DNA of 64,000 nt from the human T2T-CHM13v2.0 reference genome, Homo sapiens, in assembly GCF_009914755.1 (NCBI RefSeq), contig NC_060929.1, one strand, 5' to 3'. The translations under genes and the position numbers were made by a program. Under the pieces are notes generated by a model. That model did no database searches, was not told the origin of the DNA, and saw only the letters and a list, made by a program, of their open reading frames with translations. Every line of letters starts with the position of its first letter. The first letter of the stretch is position 1. Shown piece after piece: positions 1-13,259 of this stretch.

Positions 1-1585
1 TCAATGCTATTCCTTTCAAATGTCCAATGTCATTTTATATAGAATTAGAAAAAAACAATCCTAATGTTTATATTAAACCCAAAAACAGCCTGACTAGGCA
101 AAGTAATCTTAAGCAAAAAGAGCAAACCAGAGGCATGACACTTCCCAACCCCAAACTATACTAAAAGGCTACAGCAAACAAAACAGCATGGTACTGCTAC
201 AAAAACGGGCATGCAGACCAATGGAACAGATAGAGAATCCAGAAATAAGGCCTAACATTTACAACCATCTGATCTTCCATGAAGTTGACAATAACAGGCA
301 TTGTGGAAAAGACTCCATACTTAATGAATAGTGCTGTGATAACTGGCTAGTCATATGTGGAAGATTGAAACTGAACCCCTTCCTGTCACCATATATGAAA
401 ATCAACTCAAGATGAATTAAACTCTAAAATATAAGACCCAAAATTATAAAAACAATAGAAGAAAACCTAGAAAATACCTTTCTGGACATTGGCCTTCGCA
501 AAGAATTTGTGACTAGGTCCCCAAAAGCAACTGTAACAAAAATTAAAATCGACAAGTGGGGCCTAATTAAATGAAAAAGCTTCTGCACAGCAAAAGAAAC
601 TATCAACAGAGTCAGCAGACAACTTAGAGAACGGGATAAAATATTTGCAAACTATCCATCTGACAAAGGTCTAATATCCAGAATCTATAAAGAACATAAA
701 TAAATCAACAAGCAAAAAAACATACATTCTCATTTTTAAAAAATGGGTAAAAGACATGAACAGACTTCTTAAAAGAAGACATACATGCAGCCAACAAATA
801 CATGGAAAAATGTTGAAACTCATTGATGACTAGAGAGATGTAAATCAAAACCACAGTGAGACACTATCTCACACCAGTCAGAATGGCGAATATTAAAAAC
901 TCAGAAAATAACAGATGTTGACAAGGTTGCAGAGAAAAGGGAATGCTTATACGCTGCTGGTGGGAATGCAAATTAATACAGCCTTTGTGGAAACCAGTTT
1001 GGTGATTTCTCTAAGAACTTAAAAAAGAACTACTATTTAACTCAGCTATCCCACTATTGAGTATATACCCCAAGAAAAATAAATCATTCCACCAGGAAGA
1101 CACACACACTCATATGTTCATTGCAGCACTATTCACAATAGCAAAGACAAGGAACCAATATAGGTACCCATCAATAGTGGAATGGATAAAAAAAACTGTG
1201 GTAAAAATACACCATGGAATACTGTGCAGCCATAAAAAAGAATGAGATCATGTCCTTTGCAGCAACATTGTTAGAGGTGGAGGCCATTATCATAAGCAAA
1301 TTAGCACAGGAACACAAACCTGAATACTGCATGCTCTCACTTGCCAGAAGGAACTAAGCATTGAGTACACATGAACACAAAGATAGGAACAATAGACACT
1401 TGCAACTTCTTGAGGTGGGAGGGCAGGATCATGGGTTGAAAAACGACCTATCAGATACTATGCTCACTGCCTGGGTGACGGGATCATTTGTACACCATAC
1501 CTAAATGACATAAAATATACCCATGTAACAACCCTGCACATGTGCCCCCTGAACCTGAAATAAAAGTTGAAAAAAACAGAAAAAC
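1..1585 (+). mobile_element. LINE-1 3' portion (end of ORF2 plus 3'UTR), L1PA15/16-like, cut by window start
   Basis: Decayed ORF2 C-terminal peptides (HMFIAALFTIAK, ORF 1057-1245). 3' end ...ACCCATGTAACAACCCTGCACATGTGCCCCCTGAACCTGAAATAAAAGTTG followed by an A-rich tail. Confidence 0.93.
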
Positions 1586-1761
1586 TTATTCATGCATAAA
1601 AGGAAGTTTGTTAACAAAAAAAAAAAAAAAAAAGAAATTGCAAAATCTCTGAAAACAAAAAGAGGAAGGATTCTCATCCAGGAGACTGGGCTGTGAAATA
1701 AGAACCCTCTATTCTAGTTAGTCCTTGATTTTGCTTTACCTGGATATATTTACCTAAAGCA

Positions 1762-2207
1762 GAAGTGGCTGACTGCTCACCTAGGCTTCAGCTCTCCTAT
1801 AGGGTAGGGTTGTTGCTGAGAAAGGGGTGCCCAGCCGCAGGCTCCATTTCCCAGCACCCTTTTATGTAAGTGCCTATCTCACCAATGTGGGTATACATGA
1901 CGTGTGTCACTTTCTAGCTGAAATGGTAAAGAAATAGATTTGCCTTCTTCTAAATTCTCTTTTTCATCATGTCAAAGCTCAGATATTCCCTGAAGGCACA
2001 TGTTGAAGAATTCAGAGACTCTCACTGCCTGGGTTCTTGAATGATGTTTGGAACTCAACTTCCCCTCTCTCCCATTCTCCCTGGCTTGCCACCACCAAGG
2101 AATATCTGCATTATAATGTTACATAAGAAATAAGTAAACTATTTTGCTAAGTTACTCAAAATTTGGTGTTTGCTTATTGTAGCAGCTATCATTATCCTAA
2201 CCAAATC
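1762..2207 (+). mobile_element. MaLR solo LTR, MLT1I/J-like
   Basis: CCCAGC...CATTTCCCAGCACCCTT 5' motif and MLT1-type end TTATTGTAGCAGCTATCATTATCCTAACCAAATCA. Confidence 0.6.
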
Positions 2208-5200
2208 ACTTAATGTCTGTCTTGATCCATATCACATAGGTGGAATTCCATAAATAAATGTAGAATAAATAAATCTGTAAAATGGGGATATAACATCAGT
2301 CTTATCTACCGTGTTAACTTCTGCAGGGATAGAATTTAAAAAATAAAGATGAATATGTTTGAAAAAAAACTTTTAAAAGCTTATTCCAATACCTTCATTG
2401 ATAGTACTTTTACTACCAGGAGAAAAGACAATAAAAATTCAAAATACATGTAGAAACATGAATATGAAGAAGTTTCTGTTTCTGTTTATAAAAAAGAGAT
2501 ATTTTTAGTGGAAACTACAAATAACAGCCCACTAAAATAGCTGGGTTTTAGTCAAGTGTGTTTTAGTGTACCAAAGAAAATGATTATAATTAATAAAATG
2601 AGCATTTGTGCAGGGTATGGAAATTTGCTGAAAAGCCACAAAGAGGACAGAGCAAATTGTAAAGTGTAGTAATGCAGGGAATCAGTGTTTAAGTCTTATA
2701 CATTTGATATTATAAAGGGTCTAAAGTAGGATATAGGAAAGTTGCATCTTAATAACACTATTGATGATGTCAAATTATACTTTAATACTTCAGTGAGACA
2801 TTATGAGACACCAGGAACAGGAAAGGAACAAAATGGAGGCTAAATTAAAAAGAAGCTAAGAAAATTATTTTCAAATTAGATAATGTAAGATTACACTTTG
2901 GGAAAATGAGACAGAACCTTCAATATCTCATGAGAAAATGCTAACAAATAATAAAAAATAAATAAAACCCACACATACAATAATACATAAGTAGAAGCTT
3001 CCATTTATTTTAAGCCAACTACCAAGATAGTTATTATTTCATTTTTCAGAATCAGAAAGTTAAATGAACTTTGCAGATAGATGATCAAGCAGTAATATAT
3101 CTTGCAACTTTGCAATCCTATAAACTTTACATATATGTTCATGAAGTTAGGTTCAAAAACAAGTCATTGCTATCTCAATGTTAAAGTTGGAAAATATGAA
3201 ACAGAGTGATATAATGCTTTCCCTGTGAAAAGACCACTGGTGATTTCTCTCCCCAAGAACGACGCCATATTCACCCCAGCCACGGGCAGTATTTTTAGCA
3301 TCTATAGATTAACAAGGACTAGAGGAATGAAAATAGATGAAATAAATTGAATTAAAAAGACTACAGTAGGCCAGAAAATATATGATTTCAACTATCTGAA
3401 TTACATATACAGATAGGAATAGGTTTCATTTTAGAGTTAATTTAACTAATAAGTATGTGAAACTAAAAAGAAGAAAATTGAAGACAAAATAATTTTAACT
3501 TCCTGATATTAAATGTGTCAGGTAGTAGTAGGATCTATTGGAGAAAAATAAGCAACCATAATATAACGACTTTGTAATTAAACTATAAAGTACAAACCGA
3601 TTTAAAAAAAGACAGGAAAAGAAAAAGTGCATATTTTCTAGACTAAGTATTGGGAGGTTTCAGATTTAGGTGATTGTAAATTTAACAAGACTTGAGTAAT
3701 GAAATTTGGAGAATCTTTTACTGTAGCATAATATGATTAACAGAATTTTTAAATGGATCATTGTCCTAATAAAGTTAAGAACACCAAAAAGTAAATCACA
3801 TACCCACAGCATGAGGATAAAGAAATCACTCTAAGGTGATTATTTATGTTGATATAATATATGATGATATAATGATGAAAATATTGTTCTTAGGGTTATT
3901 ACATTGGTAAGAATTGTGAAGAGAGGTTGGCCAGTTTCTCCTGCTCTCCCCATATCAGAAACTGCTCTCATATCCCTTAGTCACAAAAAGTGATAGCTGA
4001 TAGCTTGAATTATTACCTTTCCCAAAGGTATTTGCATTTTAGGAGGAATCAAAGTCTTATGCAAATAAACTATCACTGCCCAGTGGGTAAGAGAAGATTT
4101 GGGACAAAGATAATGGGCTTCCCAAGGCTTCCTGATTCCTTCATCAAAATACTTGGTCTCATATTCTCTCACTAGGAAAAGTAAATTAAACTCCTAGTGG
4201 CCTTTGAACTTAGCCCAAAGAGGTCTACCATCGAGTTAACATTTTCTTAATATCTCAACACTTTTTAATAAAATCTCATAAGAATTTTGGATCCTACTCC
4301 ACATTAGATGTTTAATTTAAAATAAAAATAATGAAACAAAACCAACAAAACTGCCTCCCTAATCTAGAGGAAAATCGGTACTCCAGAATGATTCAAGGAA
4401 AAATATAAATTCACGGTTGTCATTCTCAGTATCCCTTACCCACCCCACTATACTCCAGCATATAGACAATTGTTTGTAATATTTGTCTCAGTGTGAGAAT
4501 GAGTATGCTTTTTTCTACTTAATTTATTATTTAGACAGAAACCATGTTGTCAATATGAAACATTAAATACAACAGAATAAACACATATAAGTAGAAGCCA
4601 CTTCTTTTGTTTTATTAAACAATCTGCAGCCACATGTATTGAGTCTGTTTTACCTGAATCATTAAAAGAGGCCTTTGAAAAATGTACTGGCCAATTTTGT
4701 TCTGTTGTAAATTATACACAGTCAATAACTGTGTATAATTTGACCAGAGACGATTTTTCCAAAAGCACCAGAATTGAGCAATTATAGTGAAGTTAGACAA
4801 CATAGAAAGTCACTTCAGATAACTCAGTCTCATAAAAACCCTGACAATGTATTTGTGTGGCATTTGGGTTTGAAGATTATTGCCCAAACCTCCAATATCT
4901 CTATTGAAATCCAAATTAGAGTTTTAGAGGCAAAAGAGAGAAAAAGTGTAATTTAGTATAATGTCATGGAATTGATTATTTGCCAACAAAAGAGAGCAGA
5001 GAGTAGTCAAATAAGTAAATATTTCTTACAGATTTTTGGTAAATTTCATTTTTTAAAGCACATATCATTATAAATAACCCAGAAAGGTAAGCAGGCTACA
5101 GATTACCCTGCAAAAAGATCACAGCCTGGGCATTGGCTTTCCATAGTGTCAATCTTATTGCCATGTGGAATAGTGTGGCAATAAGCTTGATATCATGAGA

Positions 5201-5419
5201 CTACATTGAAATGTTTGCCTATAGAAAAGCTAACTTTCTATAAGGAAGCTAAAAGGAAGTGGATCCTAAATTATGACAACGATTGACATGCATTTGAAAA
5301 TAATGAAACCAGCAGCTATTTCAGTGCCTTTGACTCTCTTGGACAGAAGAATATTACATTTCCAAGAAAAAGCAAAAACTAAGAATGAGTGCCCACTACC
5401 TGTCTGACATAATCATACA

Positions 5420-5585
5420 TGTTCATTAAACTTGCCCTACAATGACACTATCATCATTCTTAAGGTGAGCTTTACATTCAGCTAGAGAGGTCAAATAACT
5501 GGTCCAAGTTCAACTGGCAGGCAAATAGCAGAGTCAGAAGTTGAATTGAACTTCAAAACTTGAAGGGTTTTCATTCCACTTCACT
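5420..5585 (-). mobile_element. MIR fragment
   Basis: AGAGAGGTCAAATAACTGGTCCAAGTTCA...AATAGCAGAGTCAGAAGTTGAA resembles the antisense MIR core. Confidence 0.5.
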
Positions 5586-5869
5586 AGGCATTGCCCGTCT
5601 CTTCCTCAATGCTGCCCCCTCCTCCCAAAGGAAGCATAGGAATCCCTCCAGAGGAGAGAAGTCTATTATTTTGTATCCAAAGAGTGGTAAATTTATCTGA
5701 AATTTATCTTCAGTTGCATCCAATCTGTGGCCCAACTACATGGACAGTGGCCAGGTGATTGGAGTTCTCTAAAGTAGTTGTTTAGAAATTTGCATTTATT
5801 AAAATCACACAGGGGATATGCTTAACATACATATTTCCAGGACCCAATTCAAATCCACCATTAGCAATT

Positions 5870-6329
5870 CCCTCTTTCTTTCTTCCCTCCCTTCCTTCCT
5901 TCCTTCCCTCCTCCCCCTCTCCCTTCCTTTTCTTCCTTCTTTCTTTTTCTCTTTCTTTCCTTTCTTTCTCTTTTTCTTTCTTTCTTTTCTTCCTTCCTTC
6001 CTTCCCTTCTTTCTTTCTTCCTTCTCTCCCTCCTTCCTTCCTTCCTTTCCCCCTCTTCCTTTTCTTTTCTTTTTCTTTCTTCCTTCCTTCCTTCCCTCCC
6101 TACCTACTTCCTTCCTTCCTTTCTCCCTCCCTCCCTTCCTTTTCTTCCTTCTTTCTTTTTCTCTTTCTTTCCTTTCTTTCTTCCTTCCTTCCTTCCCTCC
6201 CTCCCTTCCTTTTCTTCCTTCTTTCTTTTTCTTTCTTTCCTTTTTTCTTTCTTTCTTCCTTCCTTCCTTCCCTCCCTCCCTCTCTCCCTCCTTCCTTCCT
6301 TCCTTTTTTCTCTTTTTCTTTTTTTCTTC
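5870..6329. repeat. About 460 bp polypyrimidine microsatellite, (CCTT)n/(CTTT)n/(CCCT)n
   Basis: Almost purely C/T on the + strand. It lies between the AluJ body and the left TSD copy. Confidence 0.97.
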
Positions 6330-6601
6330 TCACTCTGTCACCCAGACTGAAGTGCAGTGGCATGATCATAGCTCACTGCAGCCTTGAACTCTTGGGCTCA
6401 AGTGATCCTCCTGCAACAGCCTCTGAGTAGCTAGGACTGCAGGCACATGCCACAATGCTGGCCCTTTTATTTATTTATTTTTTGGAACAGATGGAGTCTC
6501 ACTATGTTGCTCAGGCTGGTCTGAAACTCATGGGCTCAAGCAATTCTCCCATCAGCCTTCAGAGTAGCTGGGATTATAGGCATGAGCCACTGTGCCTGGC
6601 T
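6330..6601 (-). mobile_element. AluJ-type SINE
   Basis: Dimeric antisense Alu with J-type features (TGGGCTCAAG in both arms). 13 bp TSD ACCATTAGCAATT at 5857-5869 and 6602-6614. Confidence 0.93.
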
Positions 6602-8284
6602 ACCATTAGCAATTTCTAATGGTGGGCACAGGGACATGCATTTTTAACAAATGCTTTGTCTATTCTGATACACATAATCGTATATAAACCCTTGCTGTAA
6701 CCAGAAGAGTTAGTACAATGTCAAACCAATCCCAAATAGTTAATCCCAAATGGACAGCTTGCAACAATATCCTGACATGGCTCCAGAGTCAGACCCCCAT
6801 ATCTTCAAATAGTGAAGCTCTAATAAAATGTATGATGTATGTTCCACAAGTTGACTGTCTTCTGAAAAAAAGAATCAGCATGCATATGACTTTCCAGTTC
6901 ACTTCAGATTAAAAGTATTTCAAAAATCTCTAATCACAGAATTAAAGCAGCAGGTCATAAAGACTCTAAAATTATCAGGTGAACGTATCGCTGCAAGCCT
7001 ACCCTTAATGAACTATGAATATGAAACCAAAATAAAACCTAACTGAACAGATTAATCAACATCAAAATAAAGGGTAATTAGTTTGCATCCTAGAAAAGAA
7101 TATCAAAAAATGTGTGAATTCCTTATGATTTTCCCAATGAATAAGATCAACAACTTTTATGATGCTTTCAGTCATTTTGCACAGTACATTGTAATGAGAA
7201 TATAAAAATTTTAGAATACATTCTGAGCATTATAGAATCTAACTATTTTATTATATCAGGATAGAAATATTAAAGTAGAAACTTAACAACTTTGCTATAA
7301 CCCAAAGAGATGACACAACTCAGGCCATCCTCTATCTAAGGAACCCTATGGAAGGTGGGTGGCTCCAAAAAAAATCCTGAAATGGCCAGTGGTGTGTTTG
7401 TCCTGTGTGGAGATCCCACAGGAATTGTTGCCCAAACGGGGGTGGTGAATGATACAAACTATGGAGAAAAAGGCAGAGACCTGGGCCCCATTTCTGGCTC
7501 CTGCTCCTCCAGGTACAAACTGTGTTCCTTTTTAAAGGTCACTTAATTCCCAGGAGTTTGGTAATAAGAAAATATATGAGAACTACTTCAAGAATATAAA
7601 GTAATTTGTTCGATTTCTTTAACCCTAAATTATCCGACTAGAAAGACTGCATCAATCATATTAACATCTTTGAGAAAAGATACACTGACAATTGGAAGGG
7701 AAAATGGTTTTTCTAAAATAAAAATGACTGATAGAAATGTGTTTAATATGTAAAAAAGAAAGATTGAATAATATTATGGGCACATAGTTTAATGAACGAA
7801 TGAACGTCTAAAATGCATTTTTGAGGGTACCAAATGCAGGTTACATACATTCTTCTAATTTTCTTCAAATTATCAAATGGAATATTATCAGTAAAGATAC
7901 AATAATCTGCTATTTCATTTTGAATAATTATATTTATTCATTTACACTCTATTCAAGAAAATATTTCAATTAATGAACTGGTAGTATATTTTTAAAAATC
8001 TTGTTTGAGAGACAATTGAACAATAATTGAAATGACAATAGAAAATAAAGTATGAAATGTACGTAACTTTTGAAATATTATCTTAAAGGATAGCCCAGAA
8101 ATAATTCTAATTTTTTTTTAAATATCTAACTACCAAAATACATTTCCTGGGACTAATAAGAAATTCTGTGTTCATATATGCAGTATCACATATTATACAA
8201 ACATGACTTCTCTCCAACTCAGGCAGAAGTAATCAGTGGTCAAAGGCAGGCTTGCAGTATCTTAATAAAAACCAAAACTTTTTG

Positions 8285-8480
8285 GAGTCAGGAACCATCT
8301 AAGCACTTTAGATACACTGTCTTGTTTCATTTTCTCTGAAATCCTAAATGACAATATTATCACCATTTTACATATGAGATAACTAAGAATGAGAGGGGTA
8401 AGTACCTTGCCCAAAGTCACACAAGTATGAAATGAGAACACTAAAGTATAAATGTAGCTTAATCTCTATTTACACTCCTA
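8285..8480 (-). mobile_element. MIR
   Basis: ATTATCACCATTTTACATATGAGATAACTAAG...CTTGCCCAAAGTCACACA matches the MIR core, antisense. Confidence 0.8.
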
Positions 8481-9711
8481 ATTACTTCATTTTCCTGCCT
8501 CCCTTTCCTTGATTTTTTGAAAGAGAATTACTTCCTCCTCACACATGTATACTTGCTACAACTCTTTACATATGGACACTCTGATCAGGTAGTTTTTCAT
8601 GATGTTCCAGCAAAATGAAGACATTCTGCCACAAGCCTTCTGGCTTCCTGAATCATCACCCCTTACCCTCACCCAATGTACTGCGATAATCTCTGGGGCC
8701 AGAGAACATTTGTGTATAATGTAGAGTTTCTCAGATCTGCCACAGTCAAGACGTTGGTGGAAACATGGCTCCAGGATGCCACACACAGAGACGAGGTAGA
8801 AGGCAGGGGCAGGTTACCATGGCTCTCCCTGAAATGTGAAAAGCAGAAACCTTTAGCCCGCTATGGTGTTGTTGGTTCCCTGAGATGTATTGCCATCACT
8901 GAAAGAAAAGAAAATTATTTTCTCTAGGAAACCAAGTGCATTACATGTAATCATTTACGTGCTGTTTAAAAGATTTACATATTGATGAGCCCAAGACTTC
9001 TCATTTTCCTTCCATTTCTACATTGTCTCTTTGGTTATAGCTGGAAGCCCATCACAAAGAAAACCCCATTTGGTAACATTTCACTGTTAATTCTAAACAT
9101 GCATAAGTCATGTCTCCTTGCAAGGTCATGTCCTGTAATACAGAGATACATTTGGGGATGAGTCAGCTAGCTCAAAAGGGTAGAAAGGCAGCATCTTAGT
9201 GTTGATGTCTTATCACCCTATAGAGTACTTTATCCAAATATATTCCCATGAAAACTGTTTGAAAAGAAGAAATCTGTCACAAACTCAAATGGCATCTTGG
9301 AGATCTAGGTCCAGTAACTCCCTTCCTACCTTACTCCAGCCATGTAGTTATTTGTCAGGACAGAGGAGCGTATATTAAAATAGCACCTTGGAGTGTGGGA
9401 ACCCAACAGGGTTGTGTGGAAGGAGATTATATACTCTTTGCCACAAGCTAGGTTCATGCAAATTTCTCACCACAACTCCAATAATTCCCAGTTTCATACC
9501 AGGTCTTAAAACTCACCCTGTAAAGGAGTTGGTGAATTTGTTGCTCAGTCCAACCTCTCTCAATGCCAGGACTGGAGCTATACTCACCAGACCTCCATTA
9601 TCAATGGTTCCTAGGGTATCCTACATTGCTTGCATCTGTGGTGTGAAATATCTTTAGTTTCTGTTTTTAGGTCAAGTGTGCAGGAGTCGACTAGCATAAA
9701 GTTGATTGTTT

Positions 9712-9865
9712 TATTTATTACACACATATTTCCTTAATGCCTGATTCATGCCAGATACTGAATTGGGTGCTGAGAAACAACAGTGAGCAAGATAAATCTG
9801 CTCCTGGTGCTGAGGGAGACTACATTAGTAGGGGAGACAGAAAATAGTCGACAAATTATAGTGGA
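9712..9865 (-). mobile_element. LINE-2 3' fragment
   Basis: ATGCCAGATACTGAATTGGGTGCTGAG...CAGTGAGCAAGATAAA...TAGTAGGGGAGACAG is a typical antisense L2 3' end. Confidence 0.75.
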
Positions 9866-12800
9866 GACAGTTATAGACATACCTTCTCATTGTCAACTAT
9901 ATTCATTCAGACCAGAAAAAAAAAAAAAGAGAAAGAAGAAAAGGAAGAGGGGTTGGAGGAGAAGAAATGAAAGAGAAATATAAGAACTTTAAATTATGCC
10001 CGCTATTATTCTCACTGATAACACATCCTGAGGCAAACTTGATCCAGAAAATATGAAATCTCAGTTACCACCTGCCACTCATGTGAACATCTCACCACTG
10101 AATGATTGAGTGTTTTTAAGGTATGACAACTAAACATAAGCTACTGTCTTCACCTTATCTTCAACTGAATTCACAGCAGTCGGGAAGACAAAGAGGTTAT
10201 GGCAGATTTATTAAAGACAGAACAAACAAGTACATCCTCCAATATGGTGCCTTCTTATAAGATTTCTCAAAGGTAATTTTGACGTTGTGTGACTTCTGTT
10301 TACTAAAATGTGTGAGCTATGTCTTTGTTGCATGATAGTGTGGTATACAGTAGAAAAGAAAAGTTCCAAGTGCTTAGGTAGCCAGAGTTTTTCCTGTTTG
10401 ATTTTACACATCATCATATACACACATGGGGGTGGAAGGGTTGTGTTTTTCTGCCAAACACTGTAGCATTAATCCTATTTCTTTTGGTACGCCTGCCGAG
10501 TACTTCTGGTATCTTAAGTGTGCAAAGTAATTTTGAAAAGATCAAAGCATTTTGCCAGGACAAAATCTTTTCTTGCCTCAGAGGAGGATGTATTTAAACC
10601 CAGAGCAATTATTGATAGAAGTGAGATGGCTCCAAAAGAACCCTTTGTCAAAGTCTTCACTCTTCCTTTCTATTGGTAGACTTCAGAATGAGACAAATGA
10701 CTATTTCCTTCTAGTTTGTTTTCTCACTGAACATTGCTAGCAACGCTGCTCAAATGAACTGGGCTGAAAGAGAGAGTCTTCGGATGAACGTGCTGTATGT
10801 AATGACAGAGAATCTGAGTATAAAATGGAAGCAATTGCCTGCATAACTCAAGGCAAAACTCACCTTTATCTCTATTATCTAGATACTTGGAGTAGGAGAG
10901 AGGCAGTAAATTACCAAGATAATTGCATTATTTCTTCAACTCATTGAGCCTTCATACTCAACTACAAAGAGTTTCTTACTTTTTTTGCAAATATTTCAGT
11001 TTCTAAACTAAATTGAAATAAGTAACAAAACCAATGAAAGCATTATCATTCAAATAAAGATTTGATGACCCAAAGAAATGTATTCCTTCTATAGCAAAAT
11101 GATAGTAGTTAACTTTTGCATTACTATTATATTACAATATCACTTAATTGATATTCAAAAACACGCAAACCCATGCTACTTTCCCATAAACTGAAGTGGA
11201 AAATGTTGAAATGGAGAACAACAACCAGAATGCGTAAATAAAGAATGAAAAGTTTTGTCATGTTCTATTAGAGGTTTTCATGTTAGCATCCTATTATATT
11301 AGTATTTGTTTTCACTAATATGATATGAAAATTGCTGGAATGATTACATAGTCATATCTTGTTAGGCAACTCAAATTCTAAAATTATATGATTCTAATAT
11401 AAAATGAAAGAAAATTGTTAATATTATAAAAAGTTTCTAATGTGATATGAAGGCCTATCTGGAAAAAAAACAGTTTAAGTTATTTTGATGTGATTTCTTG
11501 GAAATAGTTTCTTTATAGGAACCAGGTGGTGACAAAGAAAGAGAAATTGGGCTTGAGAACATCACTGCTGAACTGCCTATGTAAATGGAAAATATTTCTC
11601 TCAGGTAAGTAATACACTGCATGAAATTTTTTAAATCCATTCTAAACAATTATGAATATTGATTAGCAGAGTTGAGATCTTTTTTGTTTAGTGCAGGCCT
11701 AGATAGCTGTAGTCATTTAGATTTTTGTATAAGGAGAGACACTTAATAATGTTTCTTTACATAAATTGCTATCATGTGAAAGTTACTATTAATTAATTAA
11801 AGTTTCTAAGGAATGTGTAAACATAACTTTATTTTGCCTTGAATTTATTGCTAAACAATACAGCTTGACATATACTTTGTGGCGATAAATGTAGGGTGTT
11901 GCCTTAAGTTAAGGGAACAGTTCTTTAGTGTTTACTAAAAAACTGTTACACTTCTTAAATGTGATGATATATCATTCAATAATCTACTTAATAAAATAAC
12001 TTTGGGTTAAGCCAAAAGCTCTTTTTCAATCTGGGAATAAGGATGTTACTTTGGGGTGTCGTAAGTAATGTACCTATTATAACTTTGAAGTCAAAGTAGA
12101 CTTCTTTATCAAAACTTGTTTTATCTTGCAGAAACCTGGCAAAGGAATCAAGTTGAGAGCTAAAAGAAATGTTAAAAAAAAAAATAGATTGTAAAGGATG
12201 TTACTTACTTAAAAAAAATACTGATTTCAAAATTCTGTAAGATTCTCTAAAATAATATATTTGAATGGACTGCCACATTTTAATATTTATCTTAATGAAA
12301 TATTTTATACACTGAAGAAATCTTTTTTCTCAAAGATGACATTATCCACAGTTTACAAAATGATTATGATTGCCTGAAGGGCTTGGCTTAGGAAATCTAG
12401 TCCTGACATATATTACTTTTATGGAAAAATAAATTTATCTCAATTGGCTCTTAATGTCAGCTGAAAAGGGGAACCATTTAAAATTAGCTGCCAGACACAG
12501 AAATGATCCTATTTGAAATTAGAATATGTTTTCTAAAAAACGCAAAGTGACAAAACTGACTTTGGGATAGAGCAACTTTTTAATACATTATATTTTATCT
12601 TAAATATGGTACAGATTGTGTTTCTCAGAAACAGACTATTCCCATCTCCTTGTCTATCAATCCTCCACTCCAAGGGCTCGACCCCCATGTTCTAACTCTT
12701 CAAATGATTTGGGATAAGAACTATTCTAATGTAAACTTCCACAGGGCCATTTGGAGCTCTGTGCAGAATCAATAAAATAAATTAGCTGAAGTAACAGCTG

Positions 12801-13259
12801 AGCTAATCATGAGAATGTTTAAAATGATAAGAACTTGAATTAAAGTTTTTCTAAGTGCCAATGGATTTAACTAACTACCATATGCTGTTCCACTTTGAGC
12901 AACAGGTCTAGTTATCAAGTCTCCTATTGTCCAAGGTGAAGAAAGTCAGGTGGAAGAGTTTCTGGGGCCAGTAATAAAAATTAGAAGATCCATAACACTT
13001 TGTGATCCCTTTCCAATACACTGTATAATCAAAAGATCAGATTTATCTTGAAACAAGAAAGAGAATGTATTCCATTAAAAGAAAAACAAAAACTGCAGTT
13101 TCACTCTATATCTTCCATAAAGAATGGATTTTCCTGTATCGATATCACTACAGTTTTTAAATTTCATTCTTATTTATGCTCTAATTAATCAAGATAACAT
13201 AACCCATCCTAAAGTTAAGCTTTATCTAGGCAACTTTTCTAATGTTTTCATTAACTTTC

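Larger units (their letters stand above)
5772..6700. mobile_element. MER5-type hAT DNA transposon relic, split by an Alu insertion
   Basis: MER5-like halves at about 5772-5869 and 6602-6700 (GGTGGGCACAGGGACATGCATTTTTAACAAATGC...ATTCTGATACACA) rejoin across the Alu TSD. Confidence 0.6.

Noticed and set aside
5818-6387. 189 aa F/S/L/P-rich ORF and its antisense K/E/R/G-rich ORF
   Set aside because: Translation of a CT microsatellite that lacks stop codons, running into an Alu.
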